NCBI GenBank assembly: GCA_050250895.1
Contig: JBFWNU010000013.1
Location: 1 to 64,000 of the forward strand
From: Vulcanimicrobiota bacterium
GTDB lineage: Bacteria; Vulcanimicrobiota; Xenobia; Xenobiales; JADMJV01
Reading direction: 5' to 3'
Length of the DNA: 64,000 nt
Shown here: piece by piece, positions 40,089 to 50,375 of the stretch
How positions within the stretch are numbered: position 1 is the stretch's first letter
Layout of the letters: the number at the start of each line of letters is the position of its first letter
Notes under the pieces: generated by a model
Databases searched by the model: none
Told to the model about the DNA's origin: nothing
The model's input: the letters and a program-made list of their open reading frames with translations, nothing else
Program-made: the position numbers and the translations under genes

Positions 40089-40841
40089 ATGGCAGTCTGG
40101 TATTGGATGACCGTCGCCGACGTGCGGCGCTGCGAGTGCCTGCCGCCCTGGCTTGCCGAATTGCTGAAGGGCCGCCCCGACGAGCAATCGATGAGCGAGG
40201 TTTATGAGGCGGTCAGACGCCACCAGGACGAGGCGGGCTGGGCGAAACTCGACGGTCTGGTCGGAGTCGGCAGCAATCTGATCATACCGATCGCCTTTAC
40301 CGGCCTGACCGTGGCCTCGTGGGGAGGCTGGGCCTATGTGGCAGGGGCCCTGGCGGCGCTTGGGTCCTATGATGATCTGGCCCAAGCCTGGACCGACCTG
40401 CGCGCGGCCCGAGTGCGCCCTCAGCAGCTGGATGGTTGGCTGCAAACGATGGGACCGCCCTGGCTAGAAGAGCGCCCCTATGGTCAACTGTCGAGGCTGT
40501 TTCCCACTTCGCCCGCTCTGCCGCGCCGCGAAGCCCACCTGGTGGATGGTCAGGCGGTCAGCCGGCTGGTCCAATTCAAAGGGGTGACCTTCAGCCAGAC
40601 CGGCCCACGAATGCGGGTCGAGCGCGGCCACGAGCGGGTCGAGTTCGAGGCCACGTTCGTCGACTTCGAAGGCTTCGACGTGAGCCTGACCACGCTGGAC
40701 CCGAGGTTTCTACTGGAATTGACCCGACGGGGCCAGGCTCATCTGATCGAGAGCGAAGGCCCTGGCGATCCTCTGGTTGAAGCGTCACTCTTTCCTCTCA
40801 GGAGCTCGGCCCTCCCCTTCCCGCTCGAGTGGCTTAGCTGA
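40089..40841 (+). CDS. Hypothetical membrane protein
   Basis: Two TM helices; fills the gap divergent from thrS. Confidence 0.6.
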   Translation: MAVWYWMTVADVRRCECLPPWLAELLKGRPDEQSMSEVYEAVRRHQDEAGWAKLDGLVGVGSNLIIPIAFTGLTVASWGGWAYVAGALAALGSYDDLAQAWTDLRAARVRPQQLDGWLQTMGPPWLEERPYGQLSRLFPTSPALPRREAHLVDGQAVSRLVQFKGVTFSQTGPRMRVERGHERVEFEATFVDFEGFDVSLTTLDPRFLLELTRRGQAHLIESEGPGDPLVEASLFPLRSSALPFPLEWLS

Positions 40842-40923
40842 ACCTCGCCCTGATACTGTGGTATCACCCCCCGCCATCCCGGGGCGTCTGGACGGCCCAG
40901 GCCTGCAGAGTTAGGGTGACGGT

Positions 40924-42300
40924 ATGAGTCCTCGCCTGATGCTGATCCAGATCGACGGCCTTTCCAGAGAGCGCTTCGAGCGGGCCCTGACCAACGGCTC
41001 CATGCCCTACTTGTGCCGCTTGCACGAGTCGAGCCACCACCTCCATTCCGTCTTCTCTGGTCTGCCCTCGACCACCGCCGCCTGCCAGGCCGAACTGCTC
41101 TACGGGGTTAAAGTGGCGGTCCCGGCCTTCGCCTTCTATGATCGAAACCGCCAGCGCCTGGTCTCGATGCTGGACCCGGGGGTGGCCCGCTCGGTCGAAG
41201 CCACACTGCAACGACAGCGAGGATTATTGCGCGGCGGCGTGTCGCTCTCGAACGCCTACTTTGGAGAAGCCCGCCGGGCGCTGGCCTGTGCGCCCACTCC
41301 GCCGTCCCGATACCTCCAACTGGTCCGCCCCCAATTCGTGGTCCCGGCCCTGGGCAGCGCCTGGACCGAGCTGTCGGACCTCATGCACAGCCAGCGCCGC
41401 CCCTGGTGGAAAGAACTTGGACACCTTCCCGAGCGGCTGCTCAGCTGCGGCTTGCTACAGGAGTTGATCACCCTCAACGCCCGCCTCGAGCTACAGCGCG
41501 GACGTCCCGTGGTGATGGTCAACTTTCTCGGTTACGACGAGAAAGCTCACCTCTACGGCCCGGATAGCCACACGGCCATGAAATACCTGAGCCGGCTCGA
41601 CGGGTGCATCCAGCGCATCGCCGCCGCGGCTGAGGATTGCCAGCTGATGGTGTGGTCGGACCACGGCCAGCAGGCCACAGCTCCCTACAGCCAGATCCGA
41701 GGAATGGCCCTGCGCAAAGTGATAGCCCAGGTGATGGGTGAACCGGTAGCTTCAATCCACTTTCGCTGGCCCGGGGCCCGGGTCCTCAACGCCGGGGCGC
41801 GCGTCAAACTGGCCGCTATCGGTCCGATTGGCCACCTCTACCTGCCCGAACCGAGTCGGCTCGAGTGGCTCGCCCGCGAGCTGGTCTGTCACCAGGGAGT
41901 GCCGGCGGTGTTAACGCGCGACGGAAGGGTCTATCGCCGAGACGGTTGGAGCCGGCTCGACGAGAGCCTGCTGGGCCCGGCCCATCCCTGGCCCGAGCAG
42001 ACCCTGGCTGACCTGGGCCGACTGATGGGCCATTTCCATTCGGGCGATCTCATCCTGCTGGGCTACCAGCCCGACCTTCCCCTTTCCTTTGCCGACGAAC
42101 TCGGCGCCCACGGAGGACCGGGCCCGCAAGAGGTCACTGCTTTCGCGCTGTTGCCAGCTCAGTTGACGCCTCCGACTCGGCTGGGGGATCTCCGTCGCCT
42201 GGCTCTACAGGTGCTGGCGGATGACCTCTCACGAACCAGGCTCCCAGCCCGGCCAGAGCAAGCTCGGCAACTGCGCTCCACAGGCGCGCCGTCACGGTGA
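40924..42300 (+). CDS. Alkaline phosphatase superfamily (phosphodiesterase/NPP-like) protein
   Basis: IQIDGLS, SGLPSTT, YDEKAH, SDHGQ, GAHGG. Confidence 0.85.
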   Translation: MSPRLMLIQIDGLSRERFERALTNGSMPYLCRLHESSHHLHSVFSGLPSTTAACQAELLYGVKVAVPAFAFYDRNRQRLVSMLDPGVARSVEATLQRQRGLLRGGVSLSNAYFGEARRALACAPTPPSRYLQLVRPQFVVPALGSAWTELSDLMHSQRRPWWKELGHLPERLLSCGLLQELITLNARLELQRGRPVVMVNFLGYDEKAHLYGPDSHTAMKYLSRLDGCIQRIAAAAEDCQLMVWSDHGQQATAPYSQIRGMALRKVIAQVMGEPVASIHFRWPGARVLNAGARVKLAAIGPIGHLYLPEPSRLEWLARELVCHQGVPAVLTRDGRVYRRDGWSRLDESLLGPAHPWPEQTLADLGRLMGHFHSGDLILLGYQPDLPLSFADELGAHGGPGPQEVTAFALLPAQLTPPTRLGDLRRLALQVLADDLSRTRLPARPEQARQLRSTGAPSR

Positions 42301-43105
42301 CAGCCAGGGCCGTTCCTTTGCCGACCAGGGGCGAGAGCCCCAGGAGATAGATCGATTCTCGCACTCCCAGGCCGTCAGGGGCGAAGACTGCCAGGAAGCC
42401 GACGGTGCGGCCGAGACAACAGATGGCTAGCAGGCGAGGGTAGTCCACGAGGGCCACCGGCGAAAACCCGTGCACCAGGGCCGTGTAGCCTGCCCCAAAA
42501 ATGGCCCAGGCCAGGGCACAGACCAACGCCAGACCCAACAGCTCGCAGTAGCGCAAGCCTATTTCCAGCGGCTCTCGACCCAGCCGACGCAACACCCAAT
42601 TGAGCAGGCTCGCAAAGCAGGACGGGTGGATTGCCACCATCACCATCCCGAGCACCAGTCCCACCATCCAGAGGGGCAGTTCGGGATAGAGTGTCTTGAG
42701 CCCCAGGATCGCCCCGATAGCCAACCCGCTCACCACGTTCAAAGCCGTAAACAGCGTGGTGGCGCTGATGGCCAGACTACGCCGGTAACCGCGGTCCCGA
42801 TAGAATTCGAGACTGAACACCACCGGCCAAACGCCCCCGGGCAGATACTTGGCCTGGAGGGGAATAAAGGACAGAGCGACCGCTTCGAGATAGGCCACGG
42901 GTCGACCCAGCGAGGCGAGCAGGCGAGCCAGCACCCAGGGATGCAGCCCGATCCCCGCCAGCGCCAGGAGCAGGCTGGCCACCAGCCACCGCCAGTCCGG
43001 TGGGTGAAGGCGCCGGATCTGATCCCAGTGACTCCACAGCGTCCAGCCCAGGGCGGCCATGATGGCCGCCGCCAGGGCATACTTAATCATCGACCGCAAG
43101 GCCAT
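42134..43105 (-). CDS. Lysylphosphatidylglycerol synthase TM-domain (UPF0104) membrane protein
   Basis: KYLPGGVW and GF...FAPDGLGVRE motifs; multi-TM; convergent 3' overlap with previous gene. Confidence 0.85.
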   Translation of the reverse strand: MALRSMIKYALAAAIMAALGWTLWSHWDQIRRLHPPDWRWLVASLLLALAGIGLHPWVLARLLASLGRPVAYLEAVALSFIPLQAKYLPGGVWPVVFSLEFYRDRGYRRSLAISATTLFTALNVVSGLAIGAILGLKTLYPELPLWMVGLVLGMVMVAIHPSCFASLLNWVLRRLGREPLEIGLRYCELLGLALVCALAWAIFGAGYTALVHGFSPVALVDYPRLLAICCLGRTVGFLAVFAPDGLGVRESIYLLGLSPLVGKGTALAVTVTARLWSAVAELALAGLGAWFVRGHPPAPVEPGDGDPPAESEASTELATARKQ

Positions 43106-43227
43106 AGGCAAATTATCGAGGCCGTCGAAGTGGTAGCTCAAGCCACTGGAGGATAGGTCACCCCTCTACCAGGGTGGGCTCTAGACAAAGTCTCTACCTG
43201 AGGTATAGAGGGTGAAGGAGGGTTTCT

Positions 43228-45348
43228 GTGTCCACACTTAATGCTGCCGGTAACCAGGGTCAAACCCAAGTACGCACGGCCCGGGGTGCCACCACCACCA
43301 CCACCCCCAGGCAAGCCGAGGGCCCCACGCCCAGCCGTAATGAAATGCGCGCTCAGGCCCTCTCCAATCTGCGCGAGCGCGAAGCGGCTACCCCCCAGGG
43401 CACGGGCGGCACCAAGACCCTGACCGCCCAGGCCGACCGAGCCAGTCAGGGGCGCGGGACGACCCTCACCGACCCCGCCGCCATCATCAATCACGAACTC
43501 AAAACGGCCGGGCTCGACGACGATTTTCGACGGCTGTCTCCTCGAGGACAACAGCAGTATCTGGCTCTGGCCCGCGACCTCGTGGGCGAAGGCACCCGGG
43601 TGAATACCGGCGGCGGCCAGCCCGAGATGCCAGCCCTGGACAAGATGACTCCCGAGCAGCGCACCCAGTTCCAGGCCCAGTCAGGCGGCACGTTGGCCCG
43701 TCGCAACCTGATGAACCTGCTCGAAGCAGGTAAACTCAACGACACCGACTCCCAGGGACGCACTCTCCTTTCCAACCTCGACCATATGCGCACCGACAAA
43801 TATCCCAAGGTCGACAATAAGGCGGCCCTTCAATCCACCCTCGCCAACGTCGGCGCGCGCGGAGGCCACTTCGGTCACGGTCCTGCCGTGGCCAGCTCAA
43901 ACGCCTCGGAGTACACCCGGGTGAGTCACGAACTGTGGCTCAACGGCCAGAGCAAACTGCCCAACGGTGACACCGTCAAGGTCCCCACCGACCCGCCCCA
44001 AAAAACGCAGGGCTTCGGAGGCTTCGGAGGCATAGGCATGGGCATGGCGCCGGGCTTGATGGACGTGCCCCGAGCTCTGTCCGAGTATGGCAAGACCCAG
44101 GCGGCCAAACCTGAACGTCTGGCCGAGTTTCGTGAGCGCGCCGCCGCCGGCCTCAGCGGCGATCAGCGCACCGCCTACGATCAGCTCAGCCCGGCCCAGC
44201 GCAATCAGTTTCTGGATCTGGCCACACGCCCCGGCGACCGCGAGACGGCCGAACTGGCCCGAGCCTTTCAAACTGCTCCTGGCAATCCCATGCTCAACGA
44301 ATCGGTCACCACCTTGCTGCGCGACGGCAAGTTGACCCAGAAAGACACGCAGGGTCACAGCCTGCTCGACAACCTATCGGCCATTCGCGGAGACGGCAGC
44401 AACGAGTTCCTTTACAATCAAACCACGGACGTGCTGGCCGGACGCGGCTTCCGGGCCACGGCCCGGGACTGGACTCTACCCGCCGAACAGAAGATGCGAA
44501 CCGACCAGCCGGCTGAGTATGCTCGCCTGGTCCACGGCCTCACTTCGGGAGACCACTCGGTGAGGACCTCGGACGGCCAGGTGCTTAAGGGCCCGACCGG
44601 TGAAGCCGGACCGTTCGGCGGGATCATCGATCCCGGCCGCCTTTTGCCCGAAGCGATGGCCAATCGAGCCATCGAATCGGGCCAGCCGCTGACCATGGTC
44701 AATTCCAACGGCGAGACCTTCCAGGCCGAATTCAAGCACCTTCGCACCAACGACAAGGGGAATCAGTATTACAACGTGGCCGTGGGCGACCATCGCTTCC
44801 TAACCTACTCCGAAGCGGGCAGCCAGACCACGTCAGCTCTGCTCGACCTGGCCAACTTCGATAGTATGACTCCCAAGCACCTACGGGGCGAACTCAGCCG
44901 GGTCAACATCAGAAAAGACGCCAACCCCAGCGATGAGCACTTCGCCGAAAGATACGGAATCGAGGACTTTCACGCCGCGGCTACGGCCGGCGGTAACGTC
45001 ATCAACTTCTGGAACGGCACCAGCAGCCTCAATGAACCGGTCTTCAATCACGAGATGGGACACCTGATCGGGGCTCGCCGCGGCTTGACCGACGGGGTAT
45101 ATGACAGGATGAACTTCAGCGATGATGCCGGCAACGTTCCTATCGGCTGGGGTGACCGCATCAAGAAAGACAGCCAGTCGGTGTCCGACTATGGCGACAA
45201 AGCCATCGGTGAAGACTTCGCCGAGTCCTGGGAACACTACATGAGGGCCCGCCTCCAGGGCACCGCCGCCGTCACCAAGTTCAAGACCGAACACCCCAAT
45301 CGCTTCCAGTTGCTCGACCGCATCTATAGGGACGGAGATACCTGGTGA
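43228..45348 (+). CDS. Large protein with duplicated helical module and C-terminal zincin metallopeptidase domain
   Basis: SD AAGGAGG; LL..GKL...D.QG..LL.NL twice; HEMGH ... SDYG ... EDFAES. Confidence 0.78.
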   Translation: MSTLNAAGNQGQTQVRTARGATTTTTPRQAEGPTPSRNEMRAQALSNLREREAATPQGTGGTKTLTAQADRASQGRGTTLTDPAAIINHELKTAGLDDDFRRLSPRGQQQYLALARDLVGEGTRVNTGGGQPEMPALDKMTPEQRTQFQAQSGGTLARRNLMNLLEAGKLNDTDSQGRTLLSNLDHMRTDKYPKVDNKAALQSTLANVGARGGHFGHGPAVASSNASEYTRVSHELWLNGQSKLPNGDTVKVPTDPPQKTQGFGGFGGIGMGMAPGLMDVPRALSEYGKTQAAKPERLAEFRERAAAGLSGDQRTAYDQLSPAQRNQFLDLATRPGDRETAELARAFQTAPGNPMLNESVTTLLRDGKLTQKDTQGHSLLDNLSAIRGDGSNEFLYNQTTDVLAGRGFRATARDWTLPAEQKMRTDQPAEYARLVHGLTSGDHSVRTSDGQVLKGPTGEAGPFGGIIDPGRLLPEAMANRAIESGQPLTMVNSNGETFQAEFKHLRTNDKGNQYYNVAVGDHRFLTYSEAGSQTTSALLDLANFDSMTPKHLRGELSRVNIRKDANPSDEHFAERYGIEDFHAAATAGGNVINFWNGTSSLNEPVFNHEMGHLIGARRGLTDGVYDRMNFSDDAGNVPIGWGDRIKKDSQSVSDYGDKAIGEDFAESWEHYMRARLQGTAAVTKFKTEHPNRFQLLDRIYRDGDTW

Positions 45349-46067
45349 GGTCGTTCCAGCGTCTTCGTCGCGACCTGGAACAAAGCCTCAATCAACGCCC
45401 CTACACCCCACTCTATTCGCTGCTGGCGAGTCTGGACCGCTATCATCGAGGCGTCTTCTCGGAGGAAGCCCTGGTAACCGAGCTCGAGCGTAGCCACGCC
45501 GAGCTTTCCGAGTTGCAGGTGACCCACGAGCAGCCCGTGTTGCTGGAGGCAGTCGAACTCATCGAGAACTACAACGAGATGGAGCTCGACGAGTTTCAAG
45601 CGGCCCTCGAGGCGCTCGAGCCTCGCTTGCAGGCGTTGGACCTGGCCGCCATGGGCTCGCAGGCCGAGCGCCAACGCCACCACGCTCGCCTGCAGGCATT
45701 GATGGACGAACCGGTACCCGAAGACGAACTGCTCCTGGGCTATTACAAAGAGATCGAGGACCGCCTGGCCAGCTGGTTCGAAAGCGACGGCGAAGATCCC
45801 ACTCCCCTGCTGGCCGGACACCTGGCTCGAATCCGCGCCGCCAGCGACGACTACGAAGGTACCTATGTGGAAGAGCAAGAGTGGACCATGGAGGTGGCTC
45901 TGGCCGACGAGTTGCTGCAGCACGCCTACCAGAGCTGGGCCCACGGTCTGGGCCTCTTGCTCGAAGCCGTGCAAAGTGGCTCGCCCGAATTGGCCGAAGA
46001 AGGCCTGAGCGCCCTGCTCAGCGGCAATCACTCCTTTGTCAAAGTCGATCAGCTGGCCAGACCTTGA
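45345..46067 (+). CDS. Hypothetical acidic helical protein
   Basis: GTGA overlap with upstream gene; Glu/Leu-rich. Confidence 0.7.
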   Translation: MRSFQRLRRDLEQSLNQRPYTPLYSLLASLDRYHRGVFSEEALVTELERSHAELSELQVTHEQPVLLEAVELIENYNEMELDEFQAALEALEPRLQALDLAAMGSQAERQRHHARLQALMDEPVPEDELLLGYYKEIEDRLASWFESDGEDPTPLLAGHLARIRAASDDYEGTYVEEQEWTMEVALADELLQHAYQSWAHGLGLLLEAVQSGSPELAEEGLSALLSGNHSFVKVDQLARP

Positions 46068-46106
46068 CCGAAGGCTAGACGGGCCTCGATGACGAAGTCG
46101 GTTCCC

Positions 46107-46694
46107 ATGCGGTGGGTCATCCTTTTCTCCCTTGTGTTGCTTTCTCCAGCCTGGGCCGACCGGGCAAAGCTCGGTGAAGATTCCTATGTTGTCGGGGTAT
46201 CGACCCAGAACTACGAGGCCTTCGCCGACCCCGACGGCCAGGGGCAGGCGCTCGAATCCAATTGGGGCTGGGCGGCGGCCATGCAACAGATCCTCAACTT
46301 TCACGGCCTCAAGGTCCGCCAGCAGGAATTGGTAGAGAAAACGCTAGGCGCGGCCGAGAACAAGACGGCCGATCTCGACCAGATCCTGGCGAAAGTGCCG
46401 GGCCGCTATCCCGACAGTCGAGGCCGCGACTCGACGGTTCAACTGGTCACCACCGAAGAACTCGAGCAGGTGTGGAAAGACCTGGAAAAAGACTGGCCCG
46501 CCCTGGTCGGCATTTCCTCGCCCGGACTCGATGTGCTCGAGGCTCAGGTGTTGACCTCGGCAACCTTCGAGGCTGGCAAACTGGTGAAGGTCGGACTGCG
46601 CAACCCCGTGTCTACCGGCAAGGTAGAGATGGACGGCGACGAGTTTCGCCAACGGGCTCAGTCCATCGTCCGAGTCTACGTCGAACGGAATTAG
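46107..46694 (+). CDS. Secreted papain-like (C39-like) fold protein, probably inactive
   Basis: Signal peptide; Q..SNWGWAAAMQ.ILNFHG..V.Q..LV matches Q..SNWCWAA with C>G. Confidence 0.65.
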   Translation: MRWVILFSLVLLSPAWADRAKLGEDSYVVGVSTQNYEAFADPDGQGQALESNWGWAAAMQQILNFHGLKVRQQELVEKTLGAAENKTADLDQILAKVPGRYPDSRGRDSTVQLVTTEELEQVWKDLEKDWPALVGISSPGLDVLEAQVLTSATFEAGKLVKVGLRNPVSTGKVEMDGDEFRQRAQSIVRVYVERN

Positions 46695-47914
46695 TGCGGA
46701 GGTTTCTCGAGGCCCTCGAGCTCGGCCACATCGACCGCGGCGGCTGGCAGGACGGTCGCGTCGTCGACCTGCGTAACTATTCCGGGTCCGTTTATGTAGT
46801 GGGCGACCTCCACGCCCGCCATCAGCGCATCGACGCCATCCTACAGCACGCTCGACTGCCAGCTCAGTTAGAGCGTGGTGAGGCGGTCCTGGTCTTTCTC
46901 GGCGACCTGTTCCATCCCGAGGCCGATGACGAGGCCGGAGAGATGGACACTTCGATCGCCACTCTGAAGGCTGTGGCGGAGCTCAAGACATCCTATCCTC
47001 GCAATGTCTATGTCTTGCTGGGAAACCATGAGTTCACCCGCAGCGAGAGCACCAAGCGTGGCTATTTTCAGGGAGCCCTGTTTCGCACGGCCCTCGAGGC
47101 GCACGGCTTGAGCCAGGTGTATGACGATTTCCTACGGGGCAGCCCACTGGTCATGATCCATCCCCGCTGGGTGGGCGTCCACGCCGGCCCCGCCGTGAGC
47201 GTGACCTCCCTCGAGGAGTTGAAAACCGTCGAGGTGGTCGACCTTCCCCCTCTGGAAATGCCGGCCGCCCTGCGCGAATTGACCTTCACCCGCCACGTCG
47301 ACTGGTCACCCAACCCCACCAAATCCTACGGCGACTATGAGGTCGAGGATTTCCTCAAGCTGTGCCAAGTGCCCGAAGCTCGGCTGGTAACCGGACACAC
47401 TCCCCTTGATCGCGAGACCGATTGGACCTGGGAAATCGGAGCTCACCTGACGGTCATCTTTGCCGCTGGCCGCGAACTTGGTTACTTGCGCATCGAGCCC
47501 GATGGCCACCAGCTGGTGCGGGTGGGACGCTATCATGGCTCGAGCCTGGTGGCCGATCGTAGCTCGGGCCGGGTGGCCGAAGCGGCGGGCCGGTTGGAGC
47601 CCGATGTCATCTATCGGTTCGACTATGACCAGCCGCTCCACCTGGAGGGGCCGCATCCGCTGAGCATCCGCCACTACCGCCACCTGTCGGCCTCCTCGCA
47701 AAGCTACTATGGACAGGGTTATTACCTGGTAGGAAACGAATTCCGCGGCGAGGTGCTCAACCTCAAGAGCGAGTCGGCCCTGGTTTTGGGTGGTCCCGGC
47801 TTGTGTGGCGGAGTGCGCTTTCATTGGCCCGACCAGGAATTCGGTGTGCTCTGGCAGCGGCAACCAGGACGGTTCGAAGTGAGGGCCCTGGTGGAGGGAA
47901 TACGCTTTGCTTGA
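46694..47914 (+). CDS. Calcineurin-like metallophosphoesterase
   Basis: GDLH, FLGD, LGNHE, HAG, GHT; TAGTG overlap start. Confidence 0.88.
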   Translation: MRRFLEALELGHIDRGGWQDGRVVDLRNYSGSVYVVGDLHARHQRIDAILQHARLPAQLERGEAVLVFLGDLFHPEADDEAGEMDTSIATLKAVAELKTSYPRNVYVLLGNHEFTRSESTKRGYFQGALFRTALEAHGLSQVYDDFLRGSPLVMIHPRWVGVHAGPAVSVTSLEELKTVEVVDLPPLEMPAALRELTFTRHVDWSPNPTKSYGDYEVEDFLKLCQVPEARLVTGHTPLDRETDWTWEIGAHLTVIFAAGRELGYLRIEPDGHQLVRVGRYHGSSLVADRSSGRVAEAAGRLEPDVIYRFDYDQPLHLEGPHPLSIRHYRHLSASSQSYYGQGYYLVGNEFRGEVLNLKSESALVLGGPGLCGGVRFHWPDQEFGVLWQRQPGRFEVRALVEGIRFA

Positions 47915-49142
47915 AGATTATCTAGAGCAGTTTCGCGGCCAGGTGGCCGAGAGCGGCACCTTCACCGTCAACGTGTCCAAGGCCCGCATCAAGTTGCGCC
48001 AGTTTCTGCTGCGTGAGCGGCATACCTATGCCTGCCACCTGGTGGCCGCCGGCATCGCCTGGGGAGCTGACGAGGTCCGGGTCGAAAACGACGCCGACGA
48101 CCTGATCGTCGAATTCGACGCACCCGGCTTCTCGGCCCATACGCTTGAGAATCCGTTCGGCCCGTTGCTCGATCCCGAGACAGCTCAGAACGCGGCCGGG
48201 CGTGAATTGGCCATCGGCCTGAACACGGCCCTGAGCTTTGACCCGCGCTGGGTAAGCGTAGAGACGCGCGGCCTGCAACTGACCCTGCACGGCGACCGTC
48301 AGGAAGTAGTGGCCACCGAGACCGGCCCCGGGGTGAGGATCCACGTCAAAGAACGCACCAGTTGGCGCACCCTTAAGAAGTATCTCTCCCGCAGTGGTCC
48401 CCCCGAAGCGGCCGCCATCCGCTGGCGCATGCGCTTCTCTCCCATTCCGATCTGGGTCAACCAGCAGCGGGTTGACGGGCCCTGCTCACTGGACCGTTGC
48501 CTGGCCCGCCTGACCATCCACGGGGCTGCCCAGGTCGGTCCGGTGGAGGGAACCTTCGGATTGCACCTCGAGGAAGAAGGCGAGTATTCGGCCGAGATCG
48601 CCCTGACCGACTCCGAGAGCTTCGCCAAGCTGGTTTTCAACGGCTTCGTCTACGAAGCCGGCCCGGTAGCCGGAGTGCGAGCGGTCGTGGCCGTGCCCCA
48701 CCTGCCGCGCGATCTGTCGCAAGAACAGCTCCGCCACTCCCCCGCCTTGAGCGAAGTGCTGTCTTTCGTCGAACAAGCCCGCGAGCGGTTGGTCAAGCAT
48801 TGCCTCGAGCACTACGAGCAGCTCGAGGCGCGCTGGCGCGCTCAGGCTCGAACTCTCGCCGTGGGGCGGTTGGACAGTCACTATGACGACGTGCAAGACC
48901 TGCCCCTCTTCGAGCTGGTCGACGGCTCCTGGACCTCGGCGCGGCGCCTGCGAGAGCTGCCTTCTCTTCGCTACTGGGCCGAGACGTGGCCGGGCCGGCC
49001 TCGCTTGAGCGAACCGGTGGTAGTGGCTGACTATCAGGTCAGACCGTTTCTGGTCCGCTGGTTCGGCGCGCGGCTGGTGGTAGCCGAAACCGAGCACAAG
49101 CAAGCGATGGCCGCGCACCTTCGCCGCCTCCGCCAAGAATAG
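47907..49142 (+). CDS. GHKL-like N-terminal domain paralogue
   Basis: ESGTFTVN.SKAR.KLRQFLL; LAIGL; LPRDLS; LPLFE..DG. Confidence 0.72.
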   Translation: MLEDYLEQFRGQVAESGTFTVNVSKARIKLRQFLLRERHTYACHLVAAGIAWGADEVRVENDADDLIVEFDAPGFSAHTLENPFGPLLDPETAQNAAGRELAIGLNTALSFDPRWVSVETRGLQLTLHGDRQEVVATETGPGVRIHVKERTSWRTLKKYLSRSGPPEAAAIRWRMRFSPIPIWVNQQRVDGPCSLDRCLARLTIHGAAQVGPVEGTFGLHLEEEGEYSAEIALTDSESFAKLVFNGFVYEAGPVAGVRAVVAVPHLPRDLSQEQLRHSPALSEVLSFVEQARERLVKHCLEHYEQLEARWRAQARTLAVGRLDSHYDDVQDLPLFELVDGSWTSARRLRELPSLRYWAETWPGRPRLSEPVVVADYQVRPFLVRWFGARLVVAETEHKQAMAAHLRRLRQE

Positions 49143-49179
49143 CGGTTCGTCTGGCTCGCCCCGGTTGCCCGCCGGGGCC

Positions 49180-50375
49180 AGGCTCGCCGCCCGGCCGCGG
49201 CGGTCGCGAGGAACTTGCCGGCTCTTCCAGCTGGAAGTACGCGAGTGGCCAGCGGGTTGGGGCAGCGCCACGGCTCGGCTGGTCGCCGCGGGCGGCGGCA
49301 CGCGAGGCTCGGCTGGCGCACCGCCCGGCCCCGGCCCTCGTGAGGAACTAGCCGGTTCTTCCAGCTGGAAGTACGCGAGTGGCCCAGCGAGTCGGGGCAG
49401 CGCCAGGGCTCGGCTGGTCGCCGCGGGCGGCGGCACGCGAGGCTCGGCTGGCGCACCGCCCGGCCGCGGCCCTCGTGAGGAACTAGCCGGTTCTTCCAGC
49501 TGGAAGTACGCGAGTGGCCCAGCGGGTTGGGGCAGCGCCACGGCTCGGCTGGTCGCCGCGGGCGGCGGCACGCGAGGCTCGGCTGGCGCACCGCCCGGCC
49601 GCGGCCCTCGTGAGGAACTAGCCGGTTCTTCCAGCTGGAAGTACGCGAGTGGCCCAGCGGGGTCGGGCAGCGCCAGGGCTCGGCTGGTCGCCGCGGGCGG
49701 CGGCACGCGAGGCTCGGCTGGCGCACCGCCCGGCCGGGGCCCTCGTGAGGAACTAGCCGGTTCTTCCAGCTGGAAGTACGCGAGTGGCCCAGTAGGTTGG
49801 GGCAGCGCCAGCGCTCGGCTGGTCGCCGCGGGCGGCGGCACGCGAGGCTCGGCTGGCGCACCGCCCGGCCGCGGCGGTCGCGAGGAACTAGCCGGTTCTT
49901 CCAGCTGGAAGTACGCGAGTGGCCCAGCGGGGTCGGGCAGCGCCAGGGCTCGGCTGGTCGCCGCGGGCGGCGGCACGCGAGGCTCGGCTGGCGCACCGCC
50001 CGGCCGGGGCCAACTTGGCTCGCCGCCGGGGCTCGGCTGGTCGCCGCGGCCCGGCCCGCCGGGGCCGAACTGGCTCGCCGCGCCCCCGGCCACTCGGCAG
50101 GACACACTGCCGAATCACGGTCGCCGCCGGGGCTCGGCTGGTCGCCGCGGCCCGGCCCGAACGCTTGCACGCTCGGTTGTGCGCCGCACAGCCCGGTTTG
50201 CTCAGTGTGCGGCGCAAGTGTGCGCCGCACAGCCTGGTTTGCTGAGTGTGCGGCGCACACCCTGGGCCCCGGCCGCTAGCCCGGGCTCGGCAGCCACACA
50301 CTGGGCCGAATTCGGCGGACCCCGCTGCCGAATCGCGGACGTCGGCCGGGGCTCGGCTGGTTCGGAGCGTCCCAC
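49180..50375. repeat. Tandem array: 6 copies of a 135-bp unit plus degenerate tail
   Basis: Palindrome CTTCCAGCTGGAAG at 49224, 49358, 49493, 49628, 49763, 49898. Confidence 0.95.

Noticed and set aside
42134-42300. Functional significance of the 167-bp convergent overlap
   Set aside because: Both overlapping tails lie outside the recognisable domains; likely stop-codon drift in high-GC DNA
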